Origin: Mobula hypostoma
Taxonomy: Eukaryota
Reading direction: 5' to 3'
DNA length: 64,000 nt
Assembly: GCF_963921235.1 (NCBI RefSeq)
Contig: NC_086108.1
Span: forward strand, 113,028,001-113,092,000
In this document: positions 1 through 12,300 of the stretch, in pieces
Numbering within the stretch: position 1 is the stretch's first letter
Layout of the letters: every line of letters starts with the position of its first letter
Notes under the pieces: generated by a model
The model's input: only the letters and a program-made list of their open reading frames with translations
Told to the model about the DNA's origin: nothing
The model's database searches: none
Position numbers and translations under genes: made by a program

Positions 1-38
1 CAGTCCTGATGAAGGGTCTTGGCCTGAAACATCGACTG
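1..38 (+). ncRNA. Minimal hammerhead ribozyme motif (Penelope-derived end)
   Basis: CAGTC-CTGATGA-AGGGTCTTGGCCT-GAAA-CA-TC-GACTG: stem I CAGTC/GACTG, intact core; helix III changed CG>CA. Confidence 0.6.
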
Positions 39-145
39 TTGATTCCCCTCCATAGATGCTCCCTGACTTGCTGGGTTCCTCTGGAATTTTGTGTGTGTTG
101 CTCTCAATGGCTCGCACCATTTTTATGGAGAAGTGGTGCACGTAC

Positions 146-199
146 CTTCAGACCCTTTTCCCCTTTCGGCCCCGGCATGCCTGGTTTTCCTGGATCTCC
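146..199 (-). CDS. COL24A1: Collagen exon, 54 bp, [18 protein letters not shown]
   Basis: cag acceptor, gtacgt donor, Gly-X-Y. Confidence 0.95.
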
Positions 200-321
200 C
201 TGCAATGCAGCAAAAACAGACCGGACGTCCAAGGCTGATCAGTCGTATAAACTTCAGGAACTTTCTCATGTTACCTCTCTCAAACTTACTGACAACAGAC
301 AACTGCTGTAAAATGAGGACT

Positions 322-362
<41 letters not shown>

Positions 363-3300
363 AGAGAGGGAGAGAGAGGGAGGGAGGGAGAGAGGTGGAG
401 AGAGAGGGAGGGAGGGAGAGGGGGGAGAGAGAAGGAGAGAGGGGGAGAGAGGGGGAGAGGGAGAGAGGGAGAGAGGGAGAGAGAGGGGTAGGGAGAGAGA
501 GGGGGGAGGGAGACGGGGAGAGAGAGGGGGGAGGGAGACGGGGAGAGAGAGGGGAGAGGGAGAGGGGAAGGGAGAGGGGAAGGGAGAGGGGAAGGGAGAG
601 GGAGAGAGGGGGAGAGGGGGAGAGGGAGATATATATATCCATCCCATGGACACCAACATGATAATTACAAAGGTGCGTCACCAAGAGGCATTTAGTAAAG
701 TATTTGCCTTAGCCTTCCAGTGACCAAGGTTCGATCCTGACCTTCAACAAGGCTCCCCCCACTCTTCCCACAGTGTGACCCTCCCTCAGTACCACCCCCT
801 CCCAAAGTGACCCTCCCTCAGTACCACCCCTCCCACAGTGTGACCCTCCCTCAGTACCACCCTCCCACAGTGTGACCCTCCCTCAGTACCACCCCTCCAT
901 AGTGTGACCCTATCTCAGGCCTGCCCCTCCCACACAGCAGCATTCCCTGTTTAGTGCCATGGGAATCTGCTTCAGTCACCAGTATAGATTTTGAATCTTG
1001 TTCCTGGTAAGTCAGGCGAGATTTTTGAAGATTAATGGTCACCATTTGACTATTCATTCAAATTTTTTGTCAAGATGTCCTACCGGTCTTCCTTGCTGTC
1101 CCACGTTTCCTCTTGGTCCAGGAACACCCGGGTAACCCTGCCGGTTTTGGTTACAAAGGGAGACCAGTTAATTGTGCAGCCAATTCTTGAGAAGTTAATC
1201 GACACTACAACATTACTCAAGGATAGATTGAGCAAGCATCTCTAGAACTCTCAAAGTTGCCGTAGAAGTTGATAGGTTGCTGAGAAGGTTTGGTTTTTAG
1301 GAGGGTGCATAGGCGATTTACCAGGATGCTACTCTCCTGAGAGATGTCCTCCAGTGTTTGGCGTTTCCACCCTATGCTCTGACTGTCTACCCTATTTATA
1401 CCTCTTGTAATTTTATAAACTTCTACCAGGTCGGCACTTTGCCTCCGATGCTGCACAGTTCTGGTAGGAGGGACGCGGAAGCTTTAGAGAAGGTGCAGAG
1501 GAGATTTACCAGGATGCTGCCTGGATTAGAAGGCATGTCTTATGAAGACAGGTTGATCCAGCTAGGGCTTTGCTCTTTGGAGCAAAGGAGGATGAGAGGT
1601 GACTAGATAGAGATATACAAGATGTTAAGAGCCAAAGATAGAGTGACAGCCAGTTCCTTTTTCTCAGGACATAAGTGGTTAATGTGAGGGGCATAATTTT
1701 AAGGCGATTGGAGGAAAGTATGGGGGGAGGTCAGAAGTAGGTTTTTTTTTTACACAGAGAATGGTGGATGTGTGGAACACCTTGCCAGGGGTGCGGGTAC
1801 AGGTAAATACATCAGGGACATTTAAGAAACTCCTACAGAGGCACATGGATGATAGAAGAATGGAGGGTTATGTAGGAGGGAAGGGTTAGAGTGATCTTAA
1901 AGTAAGCTATAAGGTCGTGGGACGAAGAGCCTCTACTCTGCTATGTAGTTTGCGGTGTGCCCTCCCTGGAACAAAGATTGACCTTTGGAGAGATGACCCT
2001 GTGAAAAGACCATGAAATCCCAATTAATTTATCCAGTCTCTAATACTTTCCATAATGGCACCAAGGTTTCAGCACCAGCACCCGGGTTCAATCCAGATCT
2101 GCTGGTGCTGTCTGTGTGGAGTTTGCACGTTCTCCCTGTGGCCACGTGGGTCACCCCCCCCCCCCGATTTTCTCCCACATCCTACCAACTTGCAGGTTAA
2201 TTAGCCGCTGTGAATTGCCCACACCATGTGGGTGAATAGTTGGATCGGGTGGGGGGGGGGAGCTGATGAGAATGAAATGGGATCAGTGTGGAGAAGATTG
2301 GCTTTATCTGTCACCGGCACATCGAAATATAGTGTACAGTGAAATAGGTCACTTTACATCAACAACCAAGAGTCCAGGGATGTGCTGGGGGAAGCCAGCA
2401 AGTGTCAGTACACTCCCCACACCAATACGGCATGCCCACAAGTCACTGACCCTAACCAGAATGTCTTTGGAATGTGGGAGGAAGCTGGAGCACTCGGAGG
2501 AAACCCACGCGGTCACGGGGAGAATGCACAATCTCCTTCGTTGTGGCGGTGCTCTATGACTCTATGCAAGTCCAGTTGTATCATTGAAGAGAAGTTTGGA
2601 TTGTAACATGGAAGAGAAAGATATGGAGGACAACGGCCCGGGTCCAGGTAGAAGGGACTGGGCAGAAAACCAGGCTGGCAAGGACTAGATGGGCCAAAGA
2701 ACCTGTGACTTCATAACAGTGGTGTTTGTGGTATTTGCTACCCATCAGAGATATTTATCAGGAACGCTGCATATGCAGGGCCCTCGGCATTGTCAATGAT
2801 CCATCTCATCGTCCAACAATCTCTTTGACCCCCACCCCCCCCCCACCATCCGGCAGGAGGCACCATTGCATTCGAACAAGGAGCATTAGGATGGGAACTA
2901 GCTTCTTCCCCCAGGCTGTAAGACCACTGAATTCCTTGTCACCACTCAGGTCTCATCACGTATAATGTGCCAGTAGTATTATACTGTTTACTTTTTAACT
3001 TGTATCATAAATGCACCTTATTGTTTGTTAATTTTTTGTGGTGATATGTGTTATGTGTGAGTCATATGTACTGTGTTGTGCCCCCTGGTCCGGAAGAAGG
3101 TTGTTTTGTTTGGTGGTATACACGGTTACAGTTGTATAACAATAAACCGACCTTGAACCTGAAGGTAACTCAGTTCCAATCACATTCCAGTTTCCAAAAA
3201 CTGAGCCACCTGCTTACCCTTCCAACCAAAAAGGCATCACTGAAAATTTATGTTGGCAATGAGATTCATGTATTAAATGAAAAGCCACTGTATAGTATCC

Positions 3301-6300
3301 CGTACAGTTCCACTGTCTTCTCATTATGAGGTCCCATTCATTTCCACAGTCTTCTCATTATTACTGTCCCGTACAGTTCCACAGTCTTCTCGTTATTACT
3401 GTCCCGTACAGTTCCACAGCCTTCTCATTATTACTGTCCCATTCAGTTCCACAGTCTTCTCATTATTACTGTCCCGTACAGTTCCACAGCCTTCTCGTTA
3501 TTACTGTCCCATTCAGTTCCACAGTCTTCTCATTATTACTGTCCAGTTCAGTTCCACAGTCTTCTCGTTATTACTGTCCCATACAGTTCCACAGTCTTCT
3601 CATTATTACTGTCCAGTTCAGTTCCACAGTCTTCTCGTTATTACTGTCCCATACAGTTCCACAGTCTTCTCATTATTACTGTCCCGTACAGTTCCACAGT
3701 CTTCTCATTATTACTGTCCCGTACAGTTCCACAGTCTTCTCGTTATTACTGTCCTGTACAGTTCCACAGTCTTCTCGTTATTACTGTCCCGTTCAGTTCC
3801 ACAGCCTTCTCGTTATTACTGTCCCGTACAGTTCCACAGCCTTCTCGTTATTACTGTCCCGTACAGTTCCACAGTCTTCTCGTTATTACTGTCCCGTACA
3901 GTTCCACAGCCTTCTCGTTATTACTGTCCCGTACAGTTCCACAGCCTTCTCGTTATTACTGTCCCGTACAGTTCCACAGTCTTCTCGTTATTACTGTCCC
4001 GTTCAGTTCCACAGTCTTCTCGTTATTACTGTCCCGTACAGTTCCACAGCCTTCTCGTTATTACTGTCCCGTACAGTTCCACAGTCTTCTCGTTATTACT
4101 GTCTCATTCAGTTCCACAGTCTTCTCATTATTACTGTCCCATACAGTTCCACAGTCTTCCCGTTATTACTGTCCCGTACAGTTCCACAGCCTTCTCATTA
4201 TTACTGTCCCGTACAGTTCCACAGCCTTCTCGTTATTACTGTCTCATTCAGTTCCACAGTCTTCTTGTTATTACTGTCCCATTCAGTTCCACAGTCTTCT
4301 CATCATTACTGTCCCATTCAGTTCCACAGTCTTCTCATTATTACTGTCCCGTACAGTTCCACAGTCTTCTCGTTATTACTGTCCCATTCAGTTCCACAGT
4401 CTTCTCATTATTACTGTCCCATTCAGTTCCACAGCCTTCTCGTTATTACTGTCCCGTACAGTTCCACAGCCTTCTCATTACTGTCCCATTCAGTTCCACA
4501 GTCTTCTCATTATTACTGTCCCGTACAGTTCCACAGTCTTCTCATTATTACTGTCCCTTACAGTTCCACAGTCTTCTCGTTATTACTGTCCCGTACAGTT
4601 CCACAGTCTTCTCGTTATTACTGTCCCGTACAGTTCCACAGCCTTCTCGTTATTACTGTCCCGTACAGTTCCACAGTCTTCTCATTATTACTGTCCCGTT
4701 CAGTTCCACAGTCTACTCGTTATTACTGTCCCGTACAGTTCCACAGTCTTCTCATTATTACTGTCCCGTTCAGTTCCACAGTCTTCTCGTTATTACTGTC
4801 CCGTACAGTTCCACAGTCTTCTCGTTATTACTGTCCCGTACAGTTCCATAGCCTTCTCGTTATTACTGTCTCATTCAGTTCCACAGCCTTCTCATTATTA
4901 CTGACCCGTACAGTTCCACAGTCTTCTCGTTATTACTGTCCCGTACAGTTCCAGTCTTCTCGTTATTACTGTCCCGTACAGTTCCACAGCCTTCTCGTTA
5001 TTACTGTCCCGTACAGTTCCACAGTCTTCTTGCTATGACTGTCCCGTACAGTTCCACTGTCTTGTTATGACTGTCCTGTAGAGTTCCACTGTCTTGTTAT
5101 GACTGTCCTGTAGAGTTCCACTGTCTCTCTGAACTGTAACTCCCCTACTTCTTTCTGAAGATTTGCAGTAGGGAGCATCCGAACAAGCTGCACCACTGCC
5201 TGGTATGGGAACTGCATACCAGGTGGTGGACAGGAAGGCCCTACAGCGGGCAGTGAAAACCAGTCTACCCGCCATCAAGGCATCAAGGATATATATACAG
5301 AAAGGTGCAGGTTAAAAGGGCCAATAATAAATTGAAGGATCCCACCCACCCTGCTCATGGTCTCTTTGTCCCACTCCCACCAAATAGGGGGCTATGTAGC
5401 ATCAACGCTAGGAACCACCAGACTCAAAAACAGTTACTTTCCCCAAGCAGTATGGCTGATCAACACCTCCACCCAATAACTCCACCAGTCCCTTATTATT
5501 TCCCATCAGTCACCTTATTTACACCTGGCATCACTTTATGGACATACAATCAATCTATATACTGTAAATATAAGATATCTAATGTATTTATATTTATTGT
5601 GTGTTTCCTAAATTATTGTGTTCTTTATCATTTGTGTTTTTTTTAATGTTGTGTTGGATCCAGAGTAACATTTTTTCATTTTCCTTACACTTGTGTACAG
5701 GAAATGACATTAAACAATCTTAAATCTTGTATCTGCAGTTGTTCAATTCCCTCAACAGAACGACCCAAAGTTACCTTATAGCCTTCATCTCCTGGTTCAC
5801 CGCGATCTCCACGGGGACCTACAGGACCCTGAGATAGAGAGACAACAGTGTGAGATCTGCAGCTTGGCAACACATGTCTTTTGTGTTGCCCACCGAATAA
5901 ATCACTGTGAAGTTCCCTGATCATCTGTGTCTCTCTCATTTGGTCTCCTTTGCATCAAGATGAAGTGCAATTGATTTCCCTTGTCTATTACGCAGGGCAT
6001 GTCCTTGTTATTAAACCACAAGAACTCATTGTAATGGGAAGCAGGCTTCCAGATGGAAATATTCTTTGACTATATTCCTGTAACAAGCTCAGTGTCAGTA
6101 AGACCAAGCAATTTATAGTTGACTTCAGGAAGGGGAAGTCAAGGGAACACACATCCCTCACCGAGGAATCATCAGTGGGAAAAGTGAGCATTTTTAAGTT
6201 CCAGGGTGTTGACATCCCTGAGGGTCTATCCTGGGCCCAAAACATTGATGCAATTACAAAGAAGGCACAACAATGGTATGTTTCATTAGGAGTTTGAGGA

Positions 6301-9300
6301 AACTTGATATATCACCAAATTTCTGCAGGTGTACCGTGGAGAGCATTCTGACTGGTTGCATCACCTTCTGGTGTGGAGGGGCCACTGCACAGGATCAGAA
6401 AAAGCTGCAGGAAGTTGTTAACTCAGCCAGCTCCATCATGGACACTAGCCTGCCCAGCATTGAGGACGACTTCAAAAGGTGATGCTTCAAAAAGGGGGCA
6501 TCCAACATTCGGGATCCCTCTCATGCTGGGTATACCTCTTCTCATTGCTACTGTCAAGGAGCAGGTATAGGAGTTTGAAGGCACACATACAATATTCCTG
6601 GAACGGTTCCTTCCCCTCTACCATCAGATTTCCAACTGGACAATGAATCCATGTACACTACCTTACTATTATTTCCACTCTTTTTGTACTACTTTTTAAA
6701 ATATATATATATATATATATTTCTTATTGTAATTTATATTTACATTTACTTTTATTATTAAGTATTGCACAGTACTGCTGCCACAAAACAACAAATTTCA
6801 CAACATATATCAGTGATAATAAACCTGATTTCCTCGGAGCCCAGCTACTAGACAAACTATGAAACACAGGCCAAACATTCCCAGGATATTAGGTGAGGCA
6901 CAGCCTTCAAAGCATCACCTGTGTCAGCCAAACAGCCAAACAGGAGGCAAAGAGGAGATGAAATCAAAGACAGCTGCAGGAGCTGAAGATCTGAAATAAA
7001 ATCAGAGGACTTTGGAAACACTTGCAGGTCAGGCAGCATTTGTGGTGAGAGAAACATGGTCAAAGTTTTAAACTAAAGACATTGCCTGGCCTGCTCAGTT
7101 TTTCCAGTATTTTCTGCTTTTCTTTCAGAAAAAAGAGTTCATGTTATCGCAAAATAAATCTGATTGGCCCCTTAAGGTTGTCATAGCCAGTGGGTGGGGT
7201 GTTAGTGGGGACAAGCTTCCACTATCGATTAAACGCTGCCAATGGCGTGTGTTTCAAATAGCCTCTAACAACCAAGTCCAGCTCCTGGCCTTCACAGGTG
7301 ATTTAGCTACTATGCCCAGAGGAACCATTTCTACTGACAGGAGAAGGGGTAAAAATGGGTTACTGGAGCCTTAAAACCAGTTATTTTGGGCAGATAGGGC
7401 TCGTCAGTCATGGTTGGCAGCTCATCTAGAAGAGGGAAAACTCTGATCTCAAACCTCTGCTTTCTTGCAATATATGCGCTTGTGAGGAAGGCTTCAGGAA
7501 TAAACCCCAAGGAAAATCTGGACTTTGAGTCCCTAACGCAGTCTTACATTGAGTTCAACACTGACCAGCATCTCCTGTGATGCTGCTGGAGCCACTGCCG
7601 TTCCTTTGGATTTATCTGTTGCATGGAGAGGGGCAACAGCTCGCACTCCGTTTCGTACTATCCTGCCCTGCGTATCATGTGAACAGCTGGGACGCAATAT
7701 TCAAGGCTGACCCCAACTAACAGAGGGACTCAAGTCTGTTTAAGCTGGAGCTGACGGTCTACAGAGCCTACTTAAAGAAAAGCCCCTTGAAATGGCAATA
7801 TCTTCTTTCCAAAAAGAGGACAATTTCTCCAGTGAAAATGCCACAAGTAAAGAGAACAAAGATTTAGATTCTAAACGTTAAGATCTATCCAGATGAAGGG
7901 TCCCGACCTGAAACATTGACTGTCTGTTTCCCTCCACAGGTGCTGCCTGACCCGTGAGTTTTTCCAGTACCTCACTTAGCTGCATGTCCCAATGCTTATT
8001 GAATTTAGATGCCATTGCAACTTGTCAGCCAATTTATACATAGCAGGGTTCCATGGCCAGTATGTCTTGATTCATTTTAGGAACCTTAGTTCAGAGAGTG
8101 ACATCAACCATAACAGGGAGATGGTGCAAAACGGCAACTCCTCTGCTTGCATCTTCAGAAACAACTCTATTTCTATCTTCAATATCTCTTTTTTTTTCCT
8201 TTTCAAGGTTCTTTTGAAGACCCTGACCTGGAGTTACGCTCTGACTTTGGTTCTTTGTAGGAATGGGACCTGCTCTCAGGGCCTCACAACCAGCAGCTTT
8301 TTGATATCCCAACGACGCGGCCTGGAAGACTAGCGCCCCTTCAGGGTGCCGGACTTTTGTGGCTCTGTAGACGGGCTGATTCAAGGCCGGTTGCCCTGAG
8401 TGAAGCGTCGCAGGAGAACATGGAACATCGGGAGCAGCGGGTTAGCTGCTGGGAGTTGTAGGTCGAGAGACCTGAGCTCTCTGGGCACAGAGCTCGGAAA
8501 AAGTAATGCAACAGACTTTTCACATCGTAAATCAGTGCATTATTTGTTATATCTCCCTTCTCGCTGTGAAACGGGGACAACTCGTTTTCCCTTATTAGGG
8601 AGAGAGAGCGCCTGTGGTACGTCGAATTTCCGGGTGAATGAGTAGTCTTTGGGATACTGCAAGTCTGTGTCTTTACTGATGTTTTGCTATATGCTTGAGT
8701 ACTTGGTGGGGGGAGGTGCAGATGCTTTTTTTGCTGGTAGGGGGAGGGGTTGTTGCCTTGCTGCTGCTTGTTTGGGGGAGGGGGGAGCTGGGGGGTGGCT
8801 TTGGGATTCTAATGTTCAACTGTCATTCATTCTTTGGGGCACCACTCTGTTTTCGTGGATGTTTGCAAAGAAAAATAATTTCAGGATGCAGACTGTATAC
8901 ATTTCTCTGACATGAAATGTACCTACTGAAACCTATTGAAATCCCCTCCTATTCATTTTCAAAATAGTGCTGTTTATATAGAATATGGAACATACAATCA
9001 ATGGTCACTTTATTAGGTATGGGAGGAGAACCCGGCATGGTCTGCAGTTGTAGTCCATCCACTTCAAGGTTCGATGTGTTGTGCATTCAGAGATACTCTT
9101 CTGCACATCACTGTTGTAATGCGTTGTTATTTTAGTGACTATCACCCTCCTGTCAGCTTGAACCAGTCTGGACATTCTCCTCTTCCTCTTGAGCCCTTCG
9201 CTCTCAGTGGGGCGTAGGCCATTAATGACCTCCCGTCTCCACCATCCTCTGTTCTGAGCCAGTTTCTCCAGCGTGGACTAGGAGAGCCCCAGTCATCTAA

Positions 9301-12300
9301 TTTCAGCCTAGATTTCTTCCCTCTATGTGTTCTTTGGACATCCCCTTTTCCTCTTTCCTTGGTGATTCCATTTTAATGCCTGCCTGATGATGTTGTCGGT
9401 TGGCTTCCTCAAGGTCTGGCCAATCCACCTGCATTTCCACAGTTTCCCACAGTGTCTCGTTGTTTACTTTGTTAGTCTGTCTGAAGCTTACAATCCGTCT
9501 CAGGCAGTGGTTGATGAAAGCCTGCAGTTTTTGTCGAGTGCAAACACGAGGAATTCTGCAGATGCTGGAAATTCAAGCAACACACATCAAAGTTGCTGGT
9601 GGACGCAGCAGGCCAGGCAGCATCTCTAGACAGAGGTACAGTCGACGTTTCAGGCTGAGATCCTTCATTAGTCCTGACGAAGGGTCTCGGCCTGAAACGT
9701 CGACTGTACATCTTAGAGATGCTGCCTGGCCTGCTGCGTTCACCAGCAACTTTGATGTGAGTTTTTGTAGAGTCTTCTTTGTTATTCTCCAGGTTTCAGA
9801 GCCATATGGGAGCACTGTTTTAACATTTGAGTTGTATGTTCGTGGTCATCTGCTGCTGTAGCCCATCCACTTCAAGGTTTGACATGTTGTATGTTCAGAG
9901 ATGCTCTTCTGCACGCCGCTGTTGTAACGTGTGGTTATTAGAGTTACTGTCGTCTTCCTGTCAGATTGAATCAGTCTGTTTATTCTCTGACTTCTTTCAT
10001 TAACAAGGCGTTTAGGCCCACAAAACTGCCATTTACTGGGTATGTTCTCGTTATTGTTAGCATTCTCTGTAAATTCTAGAAACTTTGTGCATGAAGATCC
10101 CAGGGAATTAGCAGTTTCTGAGATACTCAAAGCATCCCAACTGCCACCTATAATCATTTCACAGTCAAAGTCACTTAGATTCCGGAGCTCTTTTTTTTTA
10201 AAATCTGGCACAGCACATCTCTGTAAGATCATAAGACATAGGAGCTGAATTAGGCACTTTGGCCCATCGAGCCTATTCTGCAATTCAATCATGGCTGATC
10301 TTTTTTTACCCCATCCTCTGCCCCACTCCCCAGTCTTCTCTCCGTAACCTTTGATGCCGACTCCTTTGAACTTACCCCCCCACACCTTAAATACGTGCCC
10401 CGTAGTATTCAGCGATACATACAAAATGCTGGAGGAACTCAGCAGGCCAGGCAGCATCGACAGAGGGGAATAACATTTTGGGGAGAGACCTTTCATTAGG
10501 ACTGGAAGGGAAGGGGGAAAAAAGCCATTTCAACCATGAGGAAAAGATGCTGGTTGTCCTCTCTATCTGTGCCACTCATCATCTTACAAACGTCGATCAG
10601 GTTTCCCCTCAGCCTCTGGTGGTCCTGAGAAAGCAGCCCAAATTTTCCACTCTCTCATTGTGGACGTGCCCTCCAGGCAGGGTCCTGGTAGACCCCTTCT
10701 GCACCCTTTCCAAAGCCTCTAGATCCTTCCTATAATGAGACAACCAGAACTTAATTCAATAATCTAGATGTGGCTTAATTAGAGTTTTATAAACTGTCGC
10801 GTTGGATGGAGGAAATGGACAAGGTCCTCCGTGACTGCTTTGAATCGGTGGACTGGTTAGTATTCAAGGACTCTGCAGCTAACCTCGATGGGTATGCCTC
10901 AGCCGAAACGGACTTTATTTGGAAATGCACGGAGGACTGTGTGTCTCGCAAGACAATCCGGGTATTCCCTAACCGGAAACCTTGGATGAATTATGAGGTC
11001 AAGTCCCTTTTAAAGGCTAGGGCTACGGCTTTTAGGTCCGGGGATACCAGTCACTACACGGAATCCAGACGTGAACTCCGGAAAGCCATTAAGGGCACCA
11101 AGAGGCAATATTGGGCCAAGTTGGAAGCCCAGGCTAACCAAAGGGATGCCAGTAGACTATGGCAGGGTCTAAATGAGATCACTGGGCGCAAAGAAAAGGC
11201 TGGGAATATCAATAACTGTGGTGCTTCTCTTCCTGACGAACTTACCGTATTCTTCGCAAGATTCGAACAGAACAGGAGCGTCCCGCTCCCTCCGGATGAA
11301 CCGGACCTGGTGGCATCGAGATTCATCGTCACCGAGGAGGACGTTAGAAGGGCCTTCCTGAAGATAAATCCAAGGAAGGCGACGGGCCCAGATGGTGTCC
11401 CAGGACAGGTTCTCTGGGCCTGTGCAAGCGAGCTAGCTGGAGTGTTTGCCGACATCTTCAACTGCTCCTTGCTTCAGTCTAAGATCCCCTCGTGTTTTAA
11501 GAAGGCAACAACATCAACCACAGTCTACCGGTCAACCTCGACGCTTTGCAATTCACCTACTGGAGCAACAGGTCAACGGCAGATGCCATCTCTCTGGCCC
11601 TACATTCCTCCTTAGAGCACCTGGAGAATAAAGACACATACGCAAGGCTCCTTTTCATTGACTACAGCTCTGCCTTTAATACCATCATTCCAAATAAACT
11701 GATTCCTAAGCTCCAGAACCTGGGCCTTAGCACTCAGATCTGCAGCTGGATCTTCAACTTCCTCACAGACAGGACCCAGGCTGTAAAAATAGGGGACAAG
11801 CTCTCCTCTACAATCACTCTGAGCACTGGTGCCCCACAAGGCTGTGTACTCAGCCCCCTGCTGTACTCACTGTACACCCATGATTGTGTAGCCAAGTTTC
11901 CATCAAACTCAATATATAAGTTCGCTGACACAACAATTGTAGGCCATATCTCGAGTAATGATGAGTTTGAGTACAGAGAGGAAATTAAGAACCTGGTGGC
12001 ATGGTGCGAAGACAATAACCTATCCCTCAACGTCAGCAAGATGAAGGAATTGGTTGTTGACTTCAGAAGGAGTAGCGGACCGCACGACCCAATTTATATC
12101 GGTGGTGTGCAAGTGGAACAGGTCAAAAGCTTTAAGTTCCTCGGGGTCAACATCACAAATGACCTGACTTGGTCCAACCAAGCAGAGTTCACTGCCAAGA
12201 AGGCCCACCAGCGCCTTTGATTCCTGAGAAAACTAAAGAAATTTGGCCCACACATTTTAATTCCACATCCCATTCCCATTCTGATATGTCTATCCATGGC

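Noticed and set aside
91..723. 210-aa Gly/Glu/Arg-rich ORF and its antisense ORFs
   Set aside because: Translation of (TG)n and GA-rich simple repeats
3277..5038. 524- and 570-aa ORFs as a repetitive protein gene, or the array as CRISPR
   Set aside because: Pure 35-bp tandem repeat with no unique spacers and no cas genes; the ORFs arise because the unit lacks stops
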